IMG/VR virus record: IMGVR_UViG_3300042514_000542
Coordinates: 142,591-206,590 of that record
Length of the DNA stretch: 64,000 nucleotides
Strand: one strand, 5' to 3'
The notes under the pieces were generated by a model. The model was not told where the DNA came from. It saw nothing but the letters and a program-made list of their open reading frames with translations, and ran no database searches. Each line of letters begins with the position of its first letter. Position 1 is the first letter of the stretch. The position numbers and the translations under genes are program-made. Below are positions 50,019 through 58,491 of the stretch, piece after piece.

Positions 50019-50774
50019 TTATCTTTTTTGTAAAAAATCTAGTAGTAATTGATTGTAATCAATATTCCATTTCGGAGTTAGTGTAATATCTCCGGTGGGT
50101 ATCTTTCCTTTTATTCTTAGTTCTTCTATATGTCTTGAGTGCCTGACTATAATACTCTCTCTATCTGCTGTGTCTGCACCTTGACCAGACATATGATAAC
50201 TTCTATCAGCCCACAAATACATCCAAGAAACCTCCTCATCTGGAGGCTCTGCGAGAACCACCCTACATTGATATTCATTCTTTAGTTTTACGACAAATGA
50301 CATATCATATCCAGCATTTTCTAATTCATGTTTACCTGATTTTTCCCATATATTTTTAGTATAAACAATACCAGAATTACCCAAACTATGGATCGCATCA
50401 ACCTTTTTATAATTTACGGCTGCACCCTTTTGCCAATGTAATAAATCATATCCAGGAAAATATTTATTGATATTTTCCAAATGGTTTGGTAGTGCGATAT
50501 CATCATCGTCCCAAACCGCTATCGTGTCATATTTACAGTTATCGACCGCAAAATTCTCCTTTTCACCAATAGTTTCGAATGTTCTATTAAGATTAATTAT
50601 TTTAACATTTGGATGGTCGAAATATAATTTTTGCTCTGGGTAATCATTCACGATTACCATCTCTCGCTCACCATCATATTCCTGATTTAAAAAGCTGAAT
50701 AAAGATTCCTCAAGTAAGTCCACTCTACCGTATGTAATACACTTACATGAAATAGGTATTTTATCATTCATCAT
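50019..50774 (-). CDS. GT2 glycosyltransferase (late promoter)
   Basis: CITYGR, FLNQEY, IVND, WDDDD; TAAATA 8 nt before MMNDK. Confidence 0.88.
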   Translation of the reverse strand: MMNDKIPISCKCITYGRVDLLEESLFSFLNQEYDGEREMVIVNDYPEQKLYFDHPNVKIINLNRTFETIGEKENFAVDNCKYDTIAVWDDDDIALPNHLENINKYFPGYDLLHWQKGAAVNYKKVDAIHSLGNSGIVYTKNIWEKSGKHELENAGYDMSFVVKLKNEYQCRVVLAEPPDEEVSWMYLWADRSYHMSGQGADTADRESIIVRHSRHIEELRIKGKIPTGDITLTPKWNIDYNQLLLDFLQKR

Positions 50775-50871
50775 ATCGGAGATATTTACTCGTAACAATA
50801 ATTAATCAATCTAAAATCTCTTTATTAAATCTAGTATATTGACATATAAATAAACCAAATTAAATACCACT

Positions 50872-51306
50872 ATGAGCGAACAAGTTCCAGCATCAATTGA
50901 TATCCTTAAACCATTACATTCACATCTAGATCTTTCGGACCGCAGTTTACCAACAGATTTCGGGTTGGAAAATTATAAATTGGCTAAACTTATGGATGAC
51001 GTTATGTTGGTAGAGTTCTGTGACTTACAGAGTGGTGAAGACGGTGTGGAATATGTTATGCGTGGTGGTATTGCCATCCCAACCACACAAGTCCATAACA
51101 TGTGGAGAAAAGGTCGTGTTATCCTCAAGGGTCCGAACGTTCGATATACCGAAGTTGGTGAGATTGTAGTCTTTCCAGCTAACATGGGGATTCAAGTCAC
51201 AAACATTGATGTTGATGGATATGGCAAGATCTCCAAAGGTCTTTTCCTAAACGAGCAAAGAATGTTTGGTATTTGTGTTGATAAAGATGCGGAAGTGCCT
51301 TTTTAG
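50872..51306 (+). CDS. GroES-like co-chaperonin (gp31 analogue)
   Basis: DDVMLVE, GGIAIP, GRVILKGP, VGEIVVF, LNEQRMFG. Confidence 0.75.
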   Translation: MSEQVPASIDILKPLHSHLDLSDRSLPTDFGLENYKLAKLMDDVMLVEFCDLQSGEDGVEYVMRGGIAIPTTQVHNMWRKGRVILKGPNVRYTEVGEIVVFPANMGIQVTNIDVDGYGKISKGLFLNEQRMFGICVDKDAEVPF

Positions 51307-51321
51307 CATTAAATAATTAAT

Positions 51322-51891
51322 GTGGCATCTGGTAGAGATAGATACGAAAGAATTGCGATGGACTCTAAGGGAAATCTTAGAGATGCATGGAATCGTTTTG
51401 TAAAAGGGTTCCAAGTTATTGATGATTATAAATCAGAAATAACACAATCCGACAGACTTGTATCAAGAGCGGAGTTAAAGGCATTATTACAAAATAATGT
51501 ATGTGAGGTTGTCTTTGTTCGAAGACGACCAGAACGCGCACCAGTCCCGCCAAGATATAGTATTAGAAGAATGTTATGCACTGATTCAAATCAATTATTA
51601 ACATCTTATAACGCGAAAGTATCACTTAATTATAAAGCACCAAAGACTGGTTATAGAGTTGATGAAGTTAAACATGATTTAGTGTGTGCGTGGGATATTT
51701 TTATGCAAGCATATAGAAATATTTCTATATCGACTCCTGAATCACCATTCACTGGTAAGGGATCATCCTATCAGTCTTGCTATTTAAGGCAGACAATCCC
51801 AGCAGATGATACGTTTTGGAAATATTATAATGATGCATTATTGAATATGACACCAGAACAGAAGATGAATTTCATGGATAGTGTCCGTTAA
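51322..51891 (+). CDS. WYL_2/SH3-like (DUF2693-type) protein
   Basis: LQNNVCEVVF.RR, RRMLCT, AWDI....YRNI. Confidence 0.6.
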   Translation: MASGRDRYERIAMDSKGNLRDAWNRFVKGFQVIDDYKSEITQSDRLVSRAELKALLQNNVCEVVFVRRRPERAPVPPRYSIRRMLCTDSNQLLTSYNAKVSLNYKAPKTGYRVDEVKHDLVCAWDIFMQAYRNISISTPESPFTGKGSSYQSCYLRQTIPADDTFWKYYNDALLNMTPEQKMNFMDSVR

Positions 51892-51925
51892 TGTTGATTT
51901 ACACATTCCATGTTGTAATTATATT

Positions 51926-52261
51926 ATGTATCGTCTTGAAAATCAATTAAAACCATTAATGTTAGCTGATGTAGAATTTGTAATTGATGATAAAATTATC
52001 AAACGTGGGAAAATTAGGGTGTTTAATACTAAACAATTTTTCATTAAATTTCGATTAGAGAATTGTAACAATGTAAAAGATTACGAGATACCATATCCAT
52101 TTAGGGTTAAAAATGTGGATGATGGATATTTATTCGATTATTGTCTCTCAGCATTTATTCCTAATACCGAAGAGGTTTTTTGGAAAATGAAAACCATGAA
52201 CAGTGTAGACTCCTCAAAACTCCACGAAAAATATCTATTTGTGCGAAAGTTGTCTGCTTGA
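51926..52261 (+). CDS. Hypothetical protein
   Basis: Start placed at MYRLEN. Confidence 0.6.
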   Translation: MYRLENQLKPLMLADVEFVIDDKIIKRGKIRVFNTKQFFIKFRLENCNNVKDYEIPYPFRVKNVDDGYLFDYCLSAFIPNTEEVFWKMKTMNSVDSSKLHEKYLFVRKLSA

Positions 52262-52286
52262 CAAATGAGATATCCATGAGTATAAT
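52258..52286 (+). promoter_or_regulatory. Perfect sigma70 consensus promoter
   Basis: TTGACA-N17-TATAAT, 7 nt before the helicase ATG. Confidence 0.8.
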
Positions 52287-52293
52287 GGGCTAG

Positions 52294-53907
52294 ATGACAA
52301 ACCTCATACTCAATTTCCCTGATGGATACTCTCCATCTAATCCACAGGTCGAGATATTAAAATCAATAGAGAGACACATCCAAAATGGTGTGAAATATAT
52401 AGTGGTGAATGCCCCCACCGGATCTGGAAAATCATTTATTCCAAAGACCATAGCAAACAGCGTAAATGGTGCATCGGATTATTTCAAACAAGTTGTTGAC
52501 GATTATAGTATTTTTTCTGACACTGGTGAGGATTTGATAGCGGATGAAGACCCATTTGGTGTATATGCTCTAACTATCACCAAAACCCTTCAAGATCAAT
52601 ATAAGAATACTTTTAATGATACTGGTATACTTAAGGGTCAAAGTAATTATCGGTGCGCTATTGACGATAGTATGACTGTCGATATTGCACCATGCATCTA
52701 CGTTAAAGGGTTGAAAAATGATTGTTGGAAGGCTAATAAATGCCCATATTACAACTCTAGAAATGAAATGCTTAAGAGTAATTTCTCATCACTTAACTAT
52801 AGTATGTTTTTCAGTTTACCAGATCATTTAAAGAAGCGAAAGATAATCGTTTGCGATGAAGGATCTGAACTAGAGGAACAACTTGTCGGTCAATTTTCTT
52901 GCGAAATTGACATTCCATTCCTAGTCAAGACTGGAACCAATACCTCTTCATTCCCATCCCAAGAAACACCAACCAAAGTCCTAACATGGTTGAATGAGCT
53001 ACTATTATCTCTGAATTCAAATATAGATGATTATAAACAATATCTAAAGGATCATAAGGGTTCTACGGATTTCTTTAAAAAATCCAGTGAATATACAAGG
53101 TTGCTAAACCTACAAGGAAGTATTCAAATTTTAATATTAACATTCTACGACAGTGAATATATTATAGAACGCGAGGAGAAGAACATAAAATTCACACCTT
53201 TGAAAGTTGATAAACTTTCTCAATATATTTTTAATCACGCTGATCATGTGATCATCATGTCTGCCACAATTATCGACCATAAAAGTTTCTGTAAAGGTCT
53301 GGGTATTCCAAAATATGAATATATTGAGGTTGATACAGAGTTCGATCATAGTAAGGGACCAATCCATATCATGGTTAAACAGAAATTGAATTTTAATAAC
53401 CTTAAAGAAATGTTACCGACATTAGCTAAACAGGTTAGAGGTATTCTTGAAGAACATAAAGACGATAAAGGTATTATTCACACACATACACAATATATTG
53501 CAGATTATATTAGGGATTATGTGAAATCTGATCGTCTTTTATGTAGGGAGACTGGAGTAAAAAATGAGGAAATATTAGACCTACATGAGAGATCTAAAGA
53601 GCCTACAGTATTGGTTTCTCCTAGCATGACTTATGGTGTTGACCTCAAGGGTGATCTAGCTAAGTTCCAAATACTTTTAAAAGCACCTTGGCTACCGACA
53701 AAAGAAAAACGTGTTGAGAAGATGATGAAGCTTGACAAACAATGGTATTCGAATAAGATGCTATGCACACTAGTTCAAGCTTGTGGTAGGGGTCTTAGAT
53801 CGTCCGATGACGAGTGTATCACTTACATTTTAGATGGATCGATATTTGATGTCGTGGTGAGGAACAAAAGTAAATTACCCAAATATTTTATAGACCGCTT
53901 TGAATAA
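52294..53907 (+). CDS. DinG/XPD-family helicase
   Basis: APTGSGKS, LKGQSNYRC, four-Cys cluster, VCDEGS, MSAT, GVD, QACGRGLRSSDD. Confidence 0.88.
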   Translation: MTNLILNFPDGYSPSNPQVEILKSIERHIQNGVKYIVVNAPTGSGKSFIPKTIANSVNGASDYFKQVVDDYSIFSDTGEDLIADEDPFGVYALTITKTLQDQYKNTFNDTGILKGQSNYRCAIDDSMTVDIAPCIYVKGLKNDCWKANKCPYYNSRNEMLKSNFSSLNYSMFFSLPDHLKKRKIIVCDEGSELEEQLVGQFSCEIDIPFLVKTGTNTSSFPSQETPTKVLTWLNELLLSLNSNIDDYKQYLKDHKGSTDFFKKSSEYTRLLNLQGSIQILILTFYDSEYIIEREEKNIKFTPLKVDKLSQYIFNHADHVIIMSATIIDHKSFCKGLGIPKYEYIEVDTEFDHSKGPIHIMVKQKLNFNNLKEMLPTLAKQVRGILEEHKDDKGIIHTHTQYIADYIRDYVKSDRLLCRETGVKNEEILDLHERSKEPTVLVSPSMTYGVDLKGDLAKFQILLKAPWLPTKEKRVEKMMKLDKQWYSNKMLCTLVQACGRGLRSSDDECITYILDGSIFDVVVRNKSKLPKYFIDRFE

Positions 53908-55138
53908 TATGAATTTAAAAAAATATAAACGAATTAGGAAATTAGTTAACGGTTTAATGACTACAACATACGTTCCCAAAAAAGAAAATAGAAATATGAC
54001 AACCTTAAAAAAATATTTAAATCACTTTATGTGGTATGATTTATCTAACGATGATCTTTTAAACATCATTCCATCACCAGTATTCGATATCGAGTATCCT
54101 TCAAATTTTGAAACACATTTTGGTAAAATTCCAACGGTATTTTTAAAAATAGATGATAAAATTCTACCTTTGGAAAACTTCAACAAATTTCAAAAATATC
54201 TATTATCGCAAGGATTTGATTTAATGGAATGCGGGTATGAGACTTTCAAATATATTCATTTTGAAAGAAAAATACTTATTAGTGGTGATGCCACTGATAT
54301 GTCTATCGATCTTGAAGAGGATGAAGAGGATGACTATCCCAGAGGAAATCGATCAATCGAATCCGAAACTATTTATATAAATTTACTCCCAACTCTTGAA
54401 AATAAAGAGTTTATCGAAAAAGTGATGAAAAAAATCCATTCATTTCTTATTGATGTTTCGACTCAAATCGATAAGTTCTACATGATTGCTCAGGGTCAAA
54501 ATGGACTGTTTACACAGAAGACTAAATTTAAATCTATACCTGTGGAAGATGATAGATTCGATTTATTCTATGGTAGAGAATTTCCACATGAAAAAATGCA
54601 AAGGTTTGTATGGGATAAAACCGATAACCTTATGCTACTTCACGGAGATCCCGGCACAGGTAAGTCTAATTATATTAAACATCTTATAACTAGTTCTAAG
54701 AAAAAAGTTATATATATCCCACCATCTATGCTTAGTGTCATCTCCGATCCGGGATTTGTAACATTTATGATGAGTAACAAGGATAGTATTCTTCTGATTG
54801 AAGATGCCGAAGAAGTATTATCAGTGGATAGAAATTCGGCAACCAATAACCTATTAGGATTAACTGACGGATTTTTAAAAGATGCGTTGGGGCTGAAGGT
54901 TATTGCCACATTCAATTGTGATATCGGTAAAATTGACCCTGCTTTGAAAAGAAAAGGTCGTATGTATTTTGAATACAAGTTTGATAAATTAAGTGTTGAT
55001 GAGTGTAGAACATTGGCTACTCACTTAAAACTAGATAAAGAGATTAGAGATCCTATGACACTTGCGGAATTTTTTAGTGTTGAGGAAAACACAATAGAGG
55101 ATTCGTTTAAAGAACGTTTTATAGGGTTTGCGACATGA
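53900..55138 (+). CDS. AAA+ ATPase
   Basis: LLHGDPGTGKS, LLIEDAE, TFN, IDPALKRKGR, IGF tail. Confidence 0.88.
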   Translation: MNNMNLKKYKRIRKLVNGLMTTTYVPKKENRNMTTLKKYLNHFMWYDLSNDDLLNIIPSPVFDIEYPSNFETHFGKIPTVFLKIDDKILPLENFNKFQKYLLSQGFDLMECGYETFKYIHFERKILISGDATDMSIDLEEDEEDDYPRGNRSIESETIYINLLPTLENKEFIEKVMKKIHSFLIDVSTQIDKFYMIAQGQNGLFTQKTKFKSIPVEDDRFDLFYGREFPHEKMQRFVWDKTDNLMLLHGDPGTGKSNYIKHLITSSKKKVIYIPPSMLSVISDPGFVTFMMSNKDSILLIEDAEEVLSVDRNSATNNLLGLTDGFLKDALGLKVIATFNCDIGKIDPALKRKGRMYFEYKFDKLSVDECRTLATHLKLDKEIRDPMTLAEFFSVEENTIEDSFKERFIGFAT

Positions 55139-55157
55139 TATATAGTTAAATAGATAT

Positions 55158-56252
55158 GTGAAAACATATTCCTATTTCCGAGAAACCCTTAACACCCTCA
55201 CACAATTCACCGCAGCGTTCGATGATTGTGTAGTGTGGAGGTATGATAAAAATTTCGAGAAGAAGGAAAAAATCAATGTTCGATATGTATTTGGTCCAAA
55301 AAATAGGGTATTGTACGACATAGTTAATCAGTCTAAGAATATCACTCTTCCTGTTATTTCAATTGAGCAGACTAACGTTAAAAGAGATTCTAGTCGAATC
55401 CAATTTAAGGATCAGAAGATAACCCGAAGAAATCTTAATGATGATAGTATTTCAAGGGTTCCAAGTCCCATACCAGTCACCATGGATCTTAATGTATCCA
55501 TGGTAGCTAATTATAAAGAGGATATTGATCAAATAGCTGCAAATATTCTACAGTGGTTTAATCCATATATAATTATATCTTGTAAGATTCCAGAAGAATT
55601 TGGAATGGATTTTATAGATGAAATCAGAACCGAGGCTACTTGGGGTGGTTCAGTGGATTACGAAAACCCAACGAATATCGCGGCATCGGACAAATATAAA
55701 ATCGTTGGGAATACCACTTTTAATGTTAAGGGTTGGATATTCCCAGCATTAGAAACACCCCAAGCACCTATTTACGTTGTAAATACAAATTTTGTATCGG
55801 TATCGAGCGGTTCCATACTAAATGGATATGATGATTTCTGGTCATTATCCGCTAATAATACGACGGATTCGATCTTAATCTCCGCATTCCCAGAATTTAC
55901 AAATTATTTTATAAATGGTCGCCCATATGATGAGTTAATTTTAAACGATATCAATGATAAAACATTTACATTTTACGGGAAAAGATTTGATTTTAATAAC
56001 ACTTGGTATCTAAGTTCAAATGTAGTAATACCCGAATTAGTATATACCGAAATAGACACCGCTAAATTTCCTACCATATCTGCTTATAAATTACCTGATA
56101 GTGTTATCACCACTGTAAATGATAATATAGTATCAATTAGTTTAAGTTCGGGGTATTTGAATTTGAGTGGCGGATATGTTTTTATCACAGCCAATGATGC
56201 GGGATGGGGTCTGTCAACTGGAATTTTTATAAACTCTGATAATTTATTTTAA
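55158..56252 (+). CDS. gp15: Tail completion/sheath stabiliser (gp15-like) with a C-terminal extension
   Basis: F...FDD, YVFGPK, ITLP.IS, DQI...IL.WFNP, FNVKGWIFP. Confidence 0.8.
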   Translation: MKTYSYFRETLNTLTQFTAAFDDCVVWRYDKNFEKKEKINVRYVFGPKNRVLYDIVNQSKNITLPVISIEQTNVKRDSSRIQFKDQKITRRNLNDDSISRVPSPIPVTMDLNVSMVANYKEDIDQIAANILQWFNPYIIISCKIPEEFGMDFIDEIRTEATWGGSVDYENPTNIAASDKYKIVGNTTFNVKGWIFPALETPQAPIYVVNTNFVSVSSGSILNGYDDFWSLSANNTTDSILISAFPEFTNYFINGRPYDELILNDINDKTFTFYGKRFDFNNTWYLSSNVVIPELVYTEIDTAKFPTISAYKLPDSVITTVNDNIVSISLSSGYLNLSGGYVFITANDAGWGLSTGIFINSDNLF

Positions 56253-56312
56253 ATGGGATTATAATTTTCTACAATGGTCAGAAAATTATATATAATTAAG
56301 TTAAATAATTAT

Positions 56313-57416
56313 ATGGCAATAGATTTAGGCGATAATCCAGTGGGAATCCCCCCCACAGCAGGTGAGGCGACCCAAATTAGAACGGTTTTAGGGTTGGGTA
56401 ATGTTAACAATACATCTGATCTAGATAAACCGATCTCGACAGCCACACTATCGGCACTTAATTTAAAAGAGACTCCCGCTGGAGCAGCCGCGCAAATCGC
56501 AGCATCCGCCCTTACTGACGCACAAGTGGGCAACCAAGTCGGTAACGAGCTTGTGGCTACTTTTTCAGCGTTGGCCGCTGTATCCACACTAAATCCCGGC
56601 TGTCTGGTGTTGGCCACTTCTCGTCCGAATGCTGCTAACGTCATAATCAGGACATCAACTGGCTACGCTCGACCTATTCTCGCTGCCACTGGAGCATTGT
56701 CCACTCAGGTTGGGACAGGGGTTGTTGGCGCACAGTTAACAATCCCCATTGCTGCTGGTGCTGCCATGCGTGCAATGTCGGTAATCAGTGTTGCGAGCGG
56801 TGGCTCTGTCCGTAGTGGTAACATCACTGACATTAATATTTCTGATGTGGGCTTACACAGTATGCCCACATCGCACTTAACAGCTTTGACTGCGCTGACT
56901 GTTATTAACAGTAGGTTGCCCAGCTTTGACGGGTCTGGGCTTACTTCGCTCACAATCCTAGCCTTAAACAGCAACAATCAACTCCGCTCCTTTACCAAGG
57001 GAACAGGATTAGAATCACTGTTGAGCCTAACGTTAAATTCTAATAGACTGACAACGTTTTCGGGAGTGGGACTTAGCGTATTAAGAAATCTCTTTTTAAA
57101 TAATAACCAACTCACAACTTTTGACGCTACTGGATTAGGTGAGCTTAGGACATTAAACGTTTCAAACAACACAACCCTGAATAGCTTTGTTTTGTCCAGT
57201 GTCCCAACCCTAGTTTCTCTTCGTAATGAGGATATTTCGACTTTTGCAGTGGTTGCAAATGGTTGCTCTTTAAGTGCGCAAGCAATCAATGACTTCTTCA
57301 CTGCACTCCCGCCAGCAACAAACGGAGCAGCAACTCTAGTCTTCAACGGAAACCCAGGAAGTGCAACTGCCAATGCATCCATTGCCACCTCCAAAGGTTA
57401 CACTGTATCCCTCTAA
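56313..57416 (+). CDS. Fibre-anchored leucine-rich-repeat protein
   Basis: LGLGNVNNTSDLDKPISTA fibre repeat; at least four LxxLxLxxN repeats; elevated GC; TAAATA 5 nt before MAIDLG. Confidence 0.7.
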   Translation: MAIDLGDNPVGIPPTAGEATQIRTVLGLGNVNNTSDLDKPISTATLSALNLKETPAGAAAQIAASALTDAQVGNQVGNELVATFSALAAVSTLNPGCLVLATSRPNAANVIIRTSTGYARPILAATGALSTQVGTGVVGAQLTIPIAAGAAMRAMSVISVASGGSVRSGNITDINISDVGLHSMPTSHLTALTALTVINSRLPSFDGSGLTSLTILALNSNNQLRSFTKGTGLESLLSLTLNSNRLTTFSGVGLSVLRNLFLNNNQLTTFDATGLGELRTLNVSNNTTLNSFVLSSVPTLVSLRNEDISTFAVVANGCSLSAQAINDFFTALPPATNGAATLVFNGNPGSATANASIATSKGYTVSL

Positions 57417-57427
57417 AATAAATCATC

Positions 57428-58327
57428 ATGCAAACTAAAATCACCATCGCGCTTGGAGCGTCACACGCCGCAGAGGTATCCAGACTCTCCACCTCCATTC
57501 CTGAGTTGCTGATCGTAGATGAGGAAAACCCTCTTTATGAAGAGCGACATGATGATGTCACGGTCAATGCGCTACTCACCAAGTCTGGCTTTGGCAAGTT
57601 CCTACCAGAAGACAGAGATGGAGCAGTTTTCCTTTGCGACACCGACCTCCAGCCTGTGGGTGGCGGAAACCCATTCGACACCTTCCCCGATATGGGTGAT
57701 GCCGACATCGCCTTTGTTGCATATCCCGGACGATTCTTTTTCCCACCTACCGAAAGCTACCAAGCAGCGAGCTACGCTGTCCTTGGGAAAAAGCTCAACT
57801 CAGGAATGGTCTGGTTCAAGAATCACGAAACAGCAAAAGCTATCTCTGCTGCATGGGAGGCAAAATATCTAGAGGATATTTCCGAGGGTGGTGCTATGGC
57901 TGACATGACTCATAAAAATGATGAGGTATCGCTGATGGCGGTGCTTGTTTCTGGCGACTGGAACTACCACTGGCTGGAGCAAGTCTGGAATAACCAATGG
58001 GAACCTAGCGAGAACGACATCATTCGTCACTCGCACGATGTCCCGACTACATCCGCGCCACAAAGCGAACCAACGCCTGTCCCTGAATCCCTCGCCAACT
58101 GGCGCGTTAAGGCGGTTCTTGACATACAGGGACTTACATCAACTGTGGATGCTGCCATAGATGCTATGGTAGACAGTAATGAAAAAATTATTATTTCAAG
58201 AGCATGGAACGGTAATGGTGATGTCCTTCGTCACTCCCCAACCGTTAATTCTTTCATGGCTATTCTCGGCCTCACCGATGCTCAGGTGGATGATATGTTC
58301 CGTTTGGCTGATACTTTCAATCCGTAA
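57428..58327 (+). CDS. GT-A (GT8-like) domain fused to a tail-fibre-assembly-like C-terminal domain
   Basis: FLCDTD, LNSGMVWF, DEVSL, WN, IRH; then VPESLANWRVKAVL...W...LGLTDAQVDDMFRLA. Confidence 0.6.
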   Translation: MQTKITIALGASHAAEVSRLSTSIPELLIVDEENPLYEERHDDVTVNALLTKSGFGKFLPEDRDGAVFLCDTDLQPVGGGNPFDTFPDMGDADIAFVAYPGRFFFPPTESYQAASYAVLGKKLNSGMVWFKNHETAKAISAAWEAKYLEDISEGGAMADMTHKNDEVSLMAVLVSGDWNYHWLEQVWNNQWEPSENDIIRHSHDVPTTSAPQSEPTPVPESLANWRVKAVLDIQGLTSTVDAAIDAMVDSNEKIIISRAWNGNGDVLRHSPTVNSFMAILGLTDAQVDDMFRLADTFNP

Positions 58328-58491
58328 GTTCTTTATCTTTTTTGGCCAAATCATAAGATCCTTTGAGAGTTTTCGACGTAAATGTCGATGGATAGATATT
58401 ATCAACACAATTTATGTATTACCACTAATCAATAATGGGTGAATATATGTAGTATATGGTTGTTATTTGACAATTCATACTAAATACTTAA

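Noticed and set aside
53900-54030. Short duplication at the AAA ATPase N-terminus (NMNLKKY / NMTTLKKY)
   Set aside because: Too short and AT-rich to separate from chance. It only makes the start codon ambiguous.
58328-58480. ncRNA or tRNA in the gap before the portal gene
   Set aside because: No cloverleaf, T-loop motif or stable hairpin is recognisable.
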